A stretch of DNA of 64,000 nt from Eledone cirrhosa (lineage: Eukaryota), in contig CAXHJY010000793.1 in the NCBI GenBank assembly GCA_964016885.1, positions 36,001-100,000 of the forward strand, given 5' to 3'. Shown piece after piece: positions 14,201 through 28,931 of this stretch; within the stretch, counting starts at the first letter, position 1; each line of letters starts with the position of its first letter. The translations under genes were made by a program, and so were the position numbers. The notes under the pieces were generated by a model, which worked only from the letters and a program-made list of their open reading frames with translations, was not told the origin of the DNA and did not search any database.

Positions 14201-15200
14201 ATGTGTGACACTCTACCAATTACTGTCAATCCACTGCCCTAGCCATGTGTGACACTCTACCAATTACTGTCAATCCACTGCCCTAGACATGTGTGACACT
14301 CTACCAATTACTGTCAATCCACTGCCCTAGACATGTGTGACACTCTACCAATTACTGTCAATCCACTGCCGTAGACATGTGTGACACTCTACCAATTACT
14401 GTCAATCCACTGCCCTAGACATGTGTGACACTCTACCAATTACTGTCAATCCACTGCCCTAGACATGTGTGACACTCTACCAATTACTGTCAATCCACTG
14501 CCCTAGACATGTGTGACACTCTACCAATTACTGTCAATCCACTGCCCTAGACATGTGTGACACTCTACCAATTACTGTCAATCCACTGCCCTAGACATGT
14601 GTGACACTCTACCAATTACTGTCAATCCACTGCCCTAGACATGTGTGACACTCTACCAATTACTGTCAATCCACTGCCCTAGACATGTGTGACACTCTAC
14701 CAATTACTGTCAATCCACTGCCCTAGACATGTGTGACACTCTACCAATTACTGTCAATCCACTGCCCTAGACATGTGTGACACTCTACCAATTACTGTCA
14801 GTCTACTGCCCTAGATGTGTGTGACACTCTACCAATTACTGTCAATCCACCGCCCTAGACATGTGTGACACTCTACCAATTACTGTCAATCCACTGCCCT
14901 AGACATGTGTGACACTCTACCAATTACTGTCAGTCTACTGCCCTAGACATGTGTGACACTCTACCAATTACTGTCAATCCACTGCCCTAGATATGTGTGA
15001 CATTCTACCAATTACTGTCAATCCACTGCCTCAGACATTTGTGACACTCTACCAATTACTGTCAGTCCACTGCCCTAGATATGTGTGACACTCTACCAAT
15101 TACTGTCAATCCACTGCCCTAGACATGTGTGACACTCTACCAATTACTGTCAATCCACCGCCCTAGACATGTGTGACACTCTACCAATTACTGTCAATCC
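5255..15200. repeat. Tandem duplication of a ~4.9-5.0 kb block (two copies, boundary near 10,260; ends approximate)
   Basis: Paired rare markers: TAGGCATG 5503/10511 (offset 5008), AATCAACTG 6986/11952 (4966), CTTAGTCC 7901/12867 (4966), CTAGATGTGT 9891/14811 (4920). The offset shifts match loss of one 42-bp monomer, 2 bp, and one 44-bp monomer. Confidence 0.9.
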
Positions 15201-15576
15201 ACCGCCCTAGACATGTGTGACACTCTACCAATTACTGTCAACCCACTGCCCTAGACATGTGTGACACTCTACCAATTACTGTCAATCCACCGCCCTAGAC
15301 ATGTGTGACACTCTACCAATTACTGTCAACCCACCGCCCTAGACATGTGTGACACTCTACCAATTACTGTCAACCCACTGCCCTAGACATGTGTGACACT
15401 CTACCAATTACTGTCAATCCACCGCCCTAGACATGTGACACTCTACCAATTACTGTCAATCCACTGCCCTAGACATGTGTGACACTCTACCAATTACTGT
15501 CAACCCACTGCCCTAGACATGTGTGACACTCTACCAATTACTGTCAATCCACTGCCCTAGACATGTGTGACACTCT

Positions 15577-18500
15577 ACCAATTACTGTCAGTCCACTGCC
15601 CTAGACATGTGTGACACTCTACCAATTACTGTCAGTCCACTGCCCTAGACATGTGTGACACTCTACCAATTACTGTCAATCCACTGCCCTAGACATGTGT
15701 GACACTCTACCAATTACTGTCAATCCACTGCCCTAGACATGTGTGACACTCTACCAATTACTGTCAATCCACTGCCCTAGACATGTGTGACACTCTACCA
15801 ATTACTGTCAGTCCACTGCCCTAGACATGTGTGACTACCAATTACTGTCAATCCACCTCCCTAGACATGTGTGACACTCTACCAATTACTGTCAATCCAC
15901 TGCCCTAGACATGTGTGACACTCTACCAATTACTGTCAATCCACTGCCCTAGACATGTGTGACACTCTACCAATTACTGTCAATCCACTGCCCTAGACAT
16001 GTGTGACACTCTACCAATTACTGTCAATCCACTGCCCTAGACATGTGTGACACTCTACCAATTACTGTCAGTCCACTGCCCTAGACATGTGTGACTACCA
16101 ATTACTGTCAATCCACCTCCCTAGACATGTGTGACACTCTACCAATTACTGTCAGTCCACTGCCCTAGACATGTGTGACTACCAATTACTGTCAATCCAC
16201 CTCCCTAGACATGTGTGACACTCTACCAATTACTGTCAATCCACTGCCCTAGACATGTGTGACACTCTACCAATTACTGTCAATCCACTGCCCTAGACAT
16301 GTGTGACACTCTACCAATTACTGTCAATCCACTGCCCTAGACATGTGTGACACTCTACCAATTACTGTCAGTCCACTGCCCTAGACATGTGTGACACTCT
16401 ACCAATTACTGTCAGTCCACTGCCCTAGACATGTGTGACACTCTACCAATTACTGTCAATCCACTGCCCTAGACATGTGTGACACTCTACCAATTACTGT
16501 CAATCCACTGCCCTAGACATGTGTGACACTCTACCAATTACTGTCAATCCACTGCCCTAGACATGTGTGACACTCTACCAATTACTGTCAGTCCACTGCC
16601 CTAGACATGTGTGACACTCTACCAATTACTGTCAATCCACTGCCCTAGACATGTGTGACACTCTACCAATTACTGTCAATCCACTGCCCTAGACATGTGT
16701 GACACTCTACCAATTACTGTCAATCCACTGCCCTAGACATGTGTGACACTCTACCAATTACTGTCAATCCACTGCCCTAGACATGTGTGACACTCTACCA
16801 ATTACTGTCAATCCACTGCCCTAGACATGTGTGACACTCTACCAATTACTGTCAGTCCACTGCCCTAGACATGTGTGACTACCAATTACTGTCAATCCAC
16901 CTCCCTAGACATGTGTGACACTCTACCAATTACTGTCAGTCCACTGCCCTAGACATGTGTGACTACCAATTACTGTCAATCCACCTCCCTAGACATGTGT
17001 GACACTCTACCAATTACTGTCAATCCACTGCCCTAGACATGTGTGACACTCTACCAATTACTGTCAATCCACTGCCCTAGACATGTGTGACACTCTACCA
17101 ATTACTGTCAGTCCACTGCCCTAGACATGTGTGACTACCAATTACTGTCAATCCACCTCCCTAGACATGTGTGACACTCTACCAATTACTGTCAATCCAC
17201 TGCCCTAGACATGTGTGACACTCTACCAATTACTGTCAATCCACTGCCCTAGACATGTGACACTCTACCAATTACTGTCAATCCACTGCCCTAGACATGT
17301 GTGACACTCTACCAATTACTGTCAATCCACTGCCCTAGACATGTGTGACACTCTACCAATTACTGTCAGTCTACTGCCCTCGACATGTGTGACACTCTAC
17401 CAATTACTGTCACTCCACCGCCCTAGACATGTGTGACACTCTACCAATTACTGTCAATCCACTGCCGTAGACATGTGTGACACTCTACCAATTACTGTCA
17501 ATCCACTGCCCTAGACATGTGTGACACTCTACCAATTACTGTCAATCCACTGCCCTAGACATGTGTGACACTCTACCAATTACTGTCAATCCACTGCCCT
17601 AGACATGTGTGACACTCTACCAATTACTGTCAATCCACTGCCCTAGACATGTGTGACACTCTACCAATTACTGTCAATCCACTGCCCTAGACATGTGTGA
17701 CACTCTACCAATTACTGTCAGTCCACTGCCCTAGACATGTGTGACACTCTACCAAGTACTGTCAATCCACTGCCCTAGACATGTGTGACACTCTACCAAT
17801 TACTGTCAATCCACTGCCGTAGACATGTGTGACACTCTACCAATTACTGTCAGTCTACTGCCCTAGACGTGTGTGACACTCTACCAATTACTGTCAATCC
17901 ACCGCCCTAGACATGTGTGACACTCTACCAATTACTGTCAATCCACTGCCCTAGACACGTGTGACACTCTACCAATTACTGTCAGTCTACTGCCCTAGAC
18001 ATGTGTGACACTCTACCAATTACTGTCAGTCCACTGCCCTAGACATGTGTGACACTCTACCAATTACTGTCAGTCTACTGCCCTAGACATGTGTGACACT
18101 CTACCAATTACTGTCAATCCACCGCCCTAGACATGTGTGACACTCTACCAATTACTGTCAATCCACTGCCCTAGACATGTGTGACACTCTACCAATTACT
18201 GTCAGTCCACTGCCCTAGATATGTGTGACATTCTACCAATTACTGTCAATCCACTGCCTCAGACATTTGTGACACTCTACCAATTACTGTCAATCCACCG
18301 CCCTAGACATGAGTGACACTCTACCAATTACTGTCAATCCACTGCCCTAGACATGTGTGACACTCTACCAATTACTGTCAGTCGACTGCCCTAGACATGT
18401 GTGACACTCTACCAATTACTGTCAATCCACTGCCCTAGACATGTGTGACACTCTACCAATTACTGTCAATCCACCGCCCTAGACATGTGTGACACTCTAC

Positions 18501-21500
18501 CAATTACTGTCAATCCACCACCCTAGACATGTGTGACACTCTACCAATTACTGTCAATCCACTGCCCTAGACATGTGTGACACTCTACCAATTACTGTCA
18601 GTCCACTGCCCTAGACATGTGTGACACTCTACCAATTACTGTCAATCCACTGCCCTAGACATGTGTGACACTCTACCAATTACTGTCAGTCTACTGCCCT
18701 AGACATGTGTGACACTCTACCAATTACTGTCAGTCCACTGCCCTAGACATGTGTGACACTCTACCAATTACTGTCAATCCACCGCCCTAGACATGTGTGA
18801 CACTCTACCAATTACTGTCAATCCACTGCCCTAGACATGTGTGACACTCTACCAATTACTGTCAGTCCACTGCCCTAGACATGTGTGACTACCAATTACT
18901 GTCAATCCACCGCCCTAGACATGTGTGACACTCTACCAATTACTGTGAGTCCACTGCCCTAGACATGTGTGACACTCTACCAATTACTGTCAGTCCACTG
19001 CCCTAGATATGTGTGACACTCTACCAATTACTGTCAATCCACTGCCCTAGACATGTGTGACGCTCTACCAATTACTGTCAGTCCACTGCCCTAGATATGT
19101 GTGACACTCTACCAATTACTGTCAATCCACTGCCCTAGACATGTGTGACACTCTACCAATTATTGTCAATCCCCCGCCCTAGACATGTGTGACACTCTAC
19201 CAATTACTGTCAACCCACCGCCCTAGACATGTGTGACACTCTACCAATTACTGTCAACCCACTGCCCTAGACATGTGTGACACTCTACCAATTACTGTCA
19301 ATCCACCGCCCTAGACATGTGACACTCTACCAATTACTGTCAATCCACTGCCCTAGACATGTGTGACACTCTACCAATTACTGTCAACCCACTGCCCTAG
19401 ACACGTGTGACACTCTACCAATTACTGTCAGTCCACTGCCCTAGACATGTGTGACACTCTACCAATTACTGTCAGTCCACCGCCCTAGACATGTGTGACA
19501 CTCTACCAATTACTGTCAGTCCACTGCCCTAGACATGTGTGACACTCTACCAATTACTGTCAATCCACTGCCCTAGACATGTGTGACACTCTACCAATTA
19601 CTGTCAGTCCACTGCCCTAGACATGTGTGACACTCTACCAATTACTGTCAGTCCACTGCCCTAGACATGTGTGACACTCTACCAATTACTGTCAATCCAC
19701 TGCCCTAGACATGTGTGACACTCTACCAATTACTGTCAATCCACTGCCCTAGACATGTGTGACACTCTACCAATTACTGTCAGTCCACTGCCCTAGACAT
19801 GTGTGACACTCTACCAATTACTGTCAGTCCACCGCCCTAGACATGTGTGACACTCTACCAATTACTGTCAATCCACCGCCCTAGACATGTGTGACACTCT
19901 ACCAATTACTGTCAATCCACTGCCCTAGACATGTGTGACACTCTACCAATTACTGTCAGTCCACTGCCCTAGCCATGTGTGACTACCAATTACTGTCAAT
20001 CCACCTCCCTAGACATGTGTGACACTCTACCAATTACTGTCAGTCCACTGCCCTAGACATGTGTGACACTCTACCAATTACTGTCAGTCCACTGCCCTAG
20101 ACATGTGTGACACTCTACCAATTACTGTCAATCCACTGCCCTAGACATGTGTGACACTCTACCAATTACTGTCAATCCACTGCCCTAGACATGTGTGACA
20201 CTCTACCAATTACTGTCAATCCACTGCCCTAGACATGTGTGACACTCTACCAATTACTGTCAGTCCACTGCCCTAGACATGTGTGACTACCAATTACTGT
20301 CAATCCACCTCCCTAGACATGTGTGACACTCTACCAATTACTGTCAATCCACTGCCCTAGACATGTGTGACACTCTACCAATTACTGTCAATCCACTGCC
20401 CTAGACATGTGTGACACTCTACCAATTACTGTCAATCCACTGCCCTAGACATGTGTGACACTCTACCAATTACTGTCAATCCACTGCCCTAGACATGTGT
20501 GACACTCTACCAATTACTGTCAGTCCACTGCCCTAGACATGTGTGACTACCAATTACTGTCAATCCACCTCCCTAGACATGTGTGACACTCTACCAATTA
20601 CTGTCAGTCCACTGCCCTAGACATGTGTGACTACCAATTACTGTCAATCCACCTCCCTAGACATGTGTGACACTCTACCAATTACTGTCAATCCACTGCC
20701 CTAGACATGTGTGACACTCTACCAATTACTGTCAATCCACTGCCCTAGACATGTGTGACACTCTACCAATTACTGTCAATCCACTGCCCTAGACATGTGT
20801 GACACTCTACCAATTACTGTCAGTCCACTGCCCTAGACATGTGTGACACTCTACCAATTACTGTCAGTCCACTGCCCTAGACATGTGTGACACTCTACCA
20901 ATTACTGTCAATCCACTGCCCTAGACATGTGTGACACTCTACCAATTACTGTCAATCCACTGCCCTAGACATGTGTGACACTCTACCAATTACTGTCAAT
21001 CCACTGCCCTAGACATGTGTGACACTCTACCAATTACTGTCAGTCCACTGCCCTAGACATGTGTGACACTCTACCAATTACTGTCAATCCACTGCCCTAG
21101 ACATGTGTGACACTCTACCAATTACTGTCAATCCACTGCCCTAGACATGTGTGACACTCTACCAATTACTGTCAATCCACTGCCCTAGACATGTGTGACA
21201 CTCTACCAATTACTGTCAATCCACTGCCCTAGACATGTGTGACACTCTACCAATTACTGTCAATCCACTGCCCTAGACATGTGTGACACTCTACCAATTA
21301 CTGTCAGTCCACTGCCCTAGACATGTGTGACTACCAATTACTGTCAATCCACCTCCCTAGACATGTGTGACACTCTACCAATTACTGTCAGTCCACTGCC
21401 CTAGACATGTGTGACTACCAATTACTGTCAATCCACCTCCCTAGACATGTGTGACACTCTACCAATTACTGTCAATCCACTGCCCTAGACATGTGTGACA

Positions 21501-24500
21501 CTCTACCAATTACTGTCAATCCACTGCCCTAGACATGTGTGACACTCTACCAATTACTGTCAGTCCACTGCCCTAGACATGTGTGACTACCAATTACTGT
21601 CAATCCACCTCCCTAGACATGTGTGACACTCTACCAATTACTGTCAATCCACTGCCCTAGACATGTGTGACACTCTACCAATTACTGTCAATCCACTGCC
21701 CTAGACATGTGACACTCTACCAATTACTGTCAATCCACTGCCCTAGACATGTGTGACACTCTACCAATTACTGTCAATCCACTGCCCTAGACATGTGTGA
21801 CACTCTACCAATTACTGTCAGTCTACTGCCCTCGACATGTGTGACACTCTACCAATTACTGTCACTCCACCGCCCTAGACATGTGTGACACTCTACCAAT
21901 TACTGTCAATCCACTGCCGTAGACATGTGTGACACTCTACCAATTACTGTCAATCCACTGCCCTAGACATGTGTGACACTCTACCAATTACTGTCAATCC
22001 ACTGCCCTAGACATGTGTGACACTCTACCAATTACTGTCAATCCACTGCCCTAGACATGTGTGACACTCTACCAATTACTGTCAATCCACTGCCCTAGAC
22101 ATGTGTGACACTCTACCAATTACTGTCAATCCACTGCCCTAGACATGTGTGACACTCTACCAATTACTGTCAGTCCACTGCCCTAGACATGTGTGACACT
22201 CTACCAAGTACTGTCAATCCACTGCCCTAGACATGTGTGACACTCTACCAATTACTGTCAATCCACTGCCGTAGACATGTGTGACACTCTACCAATTACT
22301 GTCAGTCTACTGCCCTAGACGTGTGTGACACTCTACCAATTACTGTCAATCCACCGCCCTAGACATGTGTGACACTCTACCAATTACTGTCAATCCACTG
22401 CCCTAGACACGTGTGACACTCTACCAATTACTGTCAGTCTACTGCCCTAGACATGTGTGACACTCTACCAATTACTGTCAGTCCACTGCCCTAGACATGT
22501 GTGACACTCTACCAATTACTGTCAGTCTACTGCCCTAGACATGTGTGACACTCTACCAATTACTGTCAATCCACCGCCCTAGACATGTGTGACACTCTAC
22601 CAATTACTGTCAATCCACTGCCCTAGACATGTGTGACACTCTACCAATTACTGTCAGTCCACTGCCCTAGATATGTGTGACATTCTACCAATTACTGTCA
22701 ATCCACTGCCTCAGACATTTGTGACACTCTACCAATTACTGTCAATCCACCGCCCTAGACATGAGTGACACTCTACCAATTACTGTCAATCCACTGCCCT
22801 AGACATGTGTGACACTCTACCAATTACTGTCAGTCGACTGCCCTAGACATGTGTGACACTCTACCAATTACTGTCAATCCACTGCCCTAGACATGTGTGA
22901 CACTCTACCAATTACTGTCAATCCACCGCCCTAGACATGTGTGACACTCTACCAATTACTGTCAATCCACCACCCTAGACATGTGTGACACTCTACCAAT
23001 TACTGTCAATCCACTGCCCTAGACATGTGTGACACTCTACCAATTACTGTCAGTCCACTGCCCTAGACATGTGTGACACTCTACCAATTACTGTCAATCC
23101 ACTGCCCTAGACATGTGTGACACTCTACCAATTACTGTCAGTCTACTGCCCTAGACATGTGTGACACTCTACCAATTACTGTCAGTCCACTGCCCTAGAC
23201 ATGTGTGACACTCTACCAATTACTGTCAATCCACCGCCCTAGACATGTGTGACACTCTACCAATTACTGTCAATCCACTGCCCTAGACATGTGTGACACT
23301 CTACCAATTACTGTCAGTCCACTGCCCTAGACATGTGTGACTACCAATTACTGTCAATCCACCGCCCTAGACATGTGTGACACTCTACCAATTACTGTGA
23401 GTCCACTGCCCTAGACATGTGTGACACTCTACCAATTACTGTCAGTCCACTGCCCTAGATATGTGTGACACTCTACCAATTACTGTCAATCCACTGCCCT
23501 AGACATGTGTGACGCTCTACCAATTACTGTCAGTCCACTGCCCTAGATATGTGTGACACTCTACCAATTACTGTCAATCCACTGCCCTAGACATGTGTGA
23601 CACTCTACCAATTATTGTCAATCCCCCGCCCTAGACATGTGTGACACTCTACCAATTACTGTCAACCCACCGCCCTAGACATGTGTGACACTCTACCAAT
23701 TACTGTCAACCCACTGCCCTAGACATGTGTGACACTCTACCAATTACTGTCAATCCACCGCCCTAGACATGTGACACTCTACCAATTACTGTCAATCCAC
23801 TGCCCTAGACATGTGTGACACTCTACCAATTACTGTCAACCCACTGCCCTAGACACGTGTGACACTCTACCAATTACTGTCAGTCCACTGCCCTAGACAT
23901 GTGTGACACTCTACCAATTACTGTCAGTCCACCGCCCTAGACATGTGTGACACTCTACCAATTACTGTCAGTCCACTGCCCTAGACATGTGTGACACTCT
24001 ACCAATTACTGTCAATCCACTGCCCTAGACATGTGTGACACTCTACCAATTACTGTCAGTCCACTGCCCTAGACATGTGTGACACTCTACCAATTACTGT
24101 CAGTCCACTGCCCTAGACATGTGTGACACTCTACCAATTACTGTCAATCCACTGCCCTAGACATGTGTGACACTCTACCAATTACTGTCAATCCACTGCC
24201 CTAGACATGTGTGACACTCTACCAATTACTGTCAGTCCACTGCCCTAGACATGTGTGACACTCTACCAATTACTGTCAGTCCACCGCCCTAGACATGTGT
24301 GACACTCTACCAATTACTGTCAATCCACCGCCCTAGACATGTGTGACACTCTACCAATTACTGTCAATCCACTGCCCTAGACATGTGTGACACTCTACCA
24401 ATTACTGTCAGTCCACTGCCCTAGCCATGTGTGACTACCAATTACTGTCAATCCACCTCCCTAGACATGTGTGACACTCTACCAATTACTGTCAGTCCAC

Positions 24501-27500
24501 TGCCCTAGACATGTGTGACACTCTACCAATTACTGTCAGTCCACTGCCCTAGACATGTGTGACACTCTACCAATTACTGTCAATCCACTGCCCTAGACAT
24601 GTGTGACACTCTACCAATTACTGTCAATCCACTGCCCTAGACATGTGTGACACTCTACCAATTACTGTCAATCCACTGCCCTAGACATGTGTGACACTCT
24701 ACCAATTACTGTCAGTCCACTGCCCTAGACATGTGTGACTACCAATTACTGTCAATCCACCTCCCTAGACATGTGTGACACTCTACCAATTACTGTCAAT
24801 CCACTGCCCTAGACATGTGTGACACTCTACCAATTACTGTCAATCCACTGCCCTAGACATGTGTGACACTCTACCAATTACTGTCAATCCACTGCCCTAG
24901 ACATGTGTGACACTCTACCAATTACTGTCAATCCACTGCCCTAGACATGTGTGACACTCTACCAATTACTGTCAGTCCACTGCCCTAGACATGTGTGACT
25001 ACCAATTACTGTCAATCCACCTCCCTAGACATGTGTGACACTCTACCAATTACTGTCAGTCCACTGCCCTAGACATGTGTGACTACCAATTACTGTCAAT
25101 CCACCTCCCTAGACATGTGTGACACTCTACCAATTACTGTCAATCCACTGCCCTAGACATGTGTGACACTCTACCAATTACTGTCAATCCACTGCCCTAG
25201 ACATGTGTGACACTCTACCAATTACTGTCAATCCACTGCCCTAGACATGTGTGACACTCTACCAATTACTGTCAGTCCACTGCCCTAGACATGTGTGACA
25301 CTCTACCAATTACTGTCAGTCCACTGCCCTAGACATGTGTGACACTCTACCAATTACTGTCAATCCACTGCCCTAGACATGTGTGACACTCTACCAATTA
25401 CTGTCAATCCACTGCCCTAGACATGTGTGACACTCTACCAATTACTGTCAATCCACTGCCCTAGACATGTGTGACACTCTACCAATTACTGTCAGTCCAC
25501 TGCCCTAGACATGTGTGACACTCTACCAATTACTGTCAATCCACTGCCCTAGACATGTGTGACACTCTACCAATTACTGTCAATCCACTGCCCTAGACAT
25601 GTGTGACACTCTACCAATTACTGTCAATCCACTGCCCTAGACATGTGTGACACTCTACCAATTACTGTCAATCCACTGCCCTAGACATGTGTGACACTCT
25701 ACCAATTACTGTCAATCCACTGCCCTAGACATGTGTGACACTCTACCAATTACTGTCAGTCCACTGCCCTAGACATGTGTGACTACCAATTACTGTCAAT
25801 CCACCTCCCTAGACATGTGTGACACTCTACCAATTACTGTCAGTCCACTGCCCTAGACATGTGTGACTACCAATTACTGTCAATCCACCTCCCTAGACAT
25901 GTGTGACACTCTACCAATTACTGTCAATCCACTGCCCTAGACATGTGTGACACTCTACCAATTACTGTCAATCCACTGCCCTAGACATGTGTGACACTCT
26001 ACCAATTACTGTCAGTCCACTGCCCTAGACATGTGTGACTACCAATTACTGTCAATCCACCTCCCTAGACATGTGTGACACTCTACCAATTACTGTCAAT
26101 CCACTGCCCTAGACATGTGTGACACTCTACCAATTACTGTCAATCCACTGCCCTAGACATGTGACACTCTACCAATTACTGTCAATCCACTGCCCTAGAC
26201 ATGTGTGACACTCTACCAATTACTGTCAATCCACTGCCCTAGACATGTGTGACACTCTACCAATTACTGTCAGTCTACTGCCCTCGACATGTGTGACACT
26301 CTACCAATTACTGTCACTCCACCGCCCTAGACATGTGTGACACTCTACCAATTACTGTCAATCCACTGCCGTAGACATGTGTGACACTCTACCAATTACT
26401 GTCAATCCACTGCCCTAGACATGTGTGACACTCTACCAATTACTGTCAATCCACTGCCCTAGACATGTGTGACACTCTACCAATTACTGTCAATCCACTG
26501 CCCTAGACATGTGTGACACTCTACCAATTACTGTCAATCCACTGCCCTAGACATGTGTGACACTCTACCAATTACTGTCAATCCACTGCCCTAGACATGT
26601 GTGACACTCTACCAATTACTGTCAGTCCACTGCCCTAGACATGTGTGACACTCTACCAAGTACTGTCAATCCACTGCCCTAGACATGTGTGACACTCTAC
26701 CAATTACTGTCAATCCACTGCCGTAGACATGTGTGACACTCTACCAATTACTGTCAGTCTACTGCCCTAGACGTGTGTGACACTCTACCAATTACTGTCA
26801 ATCCACCGCCCTAGACATGTGTGACACTCTACCAATTACTGTCAATCCACTGCCCTAGACACGTGTGACACTCTACCAATTACTGTCAGTCTACTGCCCT
26901 AGACATGTGTGACACTCTACCAATTACTGTCAGTCCACTGCCCTAGACATGTGTGACACTCTACCAATTACTGTCAGTCTACTGCCCTAGACATGTGTGA
27001 CACTCTACCAATTACTGTCAATCCACCGCCCTAGACATGTGTGACACTCTACCAATTACTGTCAATCCACTGCCCTAGACATGTGTGACACTCTACTCTA
27101 CCAATTACTGTCAGTCCACTGCCCTAGATCATGTGTGACACTTCTACCAATTACTGTCAATCCACTGCCCTCAGACATTTGTGACACTCTACCAATTACT
27201 GTCAATCCACCGCCCTAGACATGAGTGACACTCTACCAATTACTGTCAATCCACTGCCCTAGACATGTGTGACACTCTACCAATTACTGTCAGTCGACTG
27301 CCCTAGGACACTCTACCAATTACTGTCAATCCACTGCCCTAGACATGTGTGACACTCTACCAATTACTGTCAATCCACCGCCCTAGACATGTGTGACACT
27401 CTACCAATTACTGTCAATCCACCACCCTAGACATGTGTGACACTCTACCAATTACTGTCAATCCACTGCCCTAGACATGTGTGACACTCTACCAATTACT

Positions 27501-28931
27501 GTCAGTCCACTGCCCTAGACATGTGTGACACTCTACCAATTACTGTCAATCCACTGCCCTAGACATGTGTGACACTCTACCAATTACTGTCAGTCTACTG
27601 CCCTAGACATGTGTGACACTCTACCAATTACTGTCAGTCCACTGCCCTAGACATGTGTGACACTCTACCAATTACTGTCAATCCACCGCCCTAGACATGT
27701 GTGACACTCTACCAATTACTGTCAATCCACTGCCCTAGACATGTGTGACACTCTACCAATTACTGTCAGTCCACTGCCCTAGACATGTGTGACTACCAAT
27801 TACTGTCAATCCACCGCCCTAGACATGTGTGACACTCTACCAATTACTGTGAGTCCACTGCCCTAGACATGTGTGACACTCTACCAATTACTGTCAGTCC
27901 ACTGCCCTAGATATGTGTGACACTCTACCAATTACTGTCAATCCACTGCCCTAGACATGTGTGACGCTCTACCAATTACTGTCAGTCCACTGCCCTAGAT
28001 ATGTGTGACACTCTACCAATTACTGTCAATCCACTGCCCTAGACATGTGTGACACTCTACCAATTATTGTCAATCCCCCGCCCTAGACATGTGTGACACT
28101 CTACCAATTACTGTCAACCCACCGCCCTAGACATGTGTGACACTCTACCAATTACTGTCAACCCACTGCCCTAGACATGTGTGACACTCTACCAATTACT
28201 GTCAATCCACCGCCCTAGACATGTGACACTCTACCAATTACTGTCAATCCACTGCCCTAGACATGTGTGACACTCTACCAATTACTGTCAACCCACTGCC
28301 CTAGACACGTGTGACACTCTACCAATTACTGTCAGTCCACTGCCCTAGACATGTGTGACACTCTACCAATTACTGTCAGTCCACCGCCCTAGACATGTGT
28401 GACACTCTACCAATTACTGTCAGTCCACTGCCCTAGACATGTGTGACACTCTACCAATTACTGTCAATCCACTGCCCTAGACATGTGTGACACTCTACCA
28501 ATTACTGTCAGTCCACTGCCCTAGACATGTGTGACACTCTACCAATTACTGTCAGTCCACTGCCCTAGACATGTGTGACACTCTACCAATTACTGTCAAT
28601 CCACTGCCCTAGACATGTGTGACACTCTACCAATTACTGTCAATCCACTGCCCTAGACATGTGTGACACTCTACCAATTACTGTCAGTCCACTGCCCTAG
28701 ACATGTGTGACACTCTACCAATTACTGTCAGTCCACCGCCCTAGACATGTGTGACACTCTACCAATTACTGTCAATCCACCGCCCTAGACATGTGTGACA
28801 CTCTACCAATTACTGTCAATCCCTGCCCTAGACATGTGTGACACTCTACCAATTACTGTCAGTCCACTGCCCTAGCCATGTGTGACTACCAATTACTGTC
28901 AATCCACCTCCCTAGACATGTGTGACACTCT
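15577..28931. repeat. Higher-order repeat: 102 monomers, 4,452 bp, three tandem copies (15577-20028, 20029-24480, 24481-28931)
   Basis: CTCGAC variant at 17381/21833/26285, GAGTGAC at 18311/22763/27223, GTCGAC at 18381/22833/27293. 4452 = 102x44 - 8x4 - 2x2, which matches the eight 40-bp and two 42-bp monomers counted in copy 1. Copy 3 carries extra small indels (+8, -8, -1). Confidence 0.95.
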
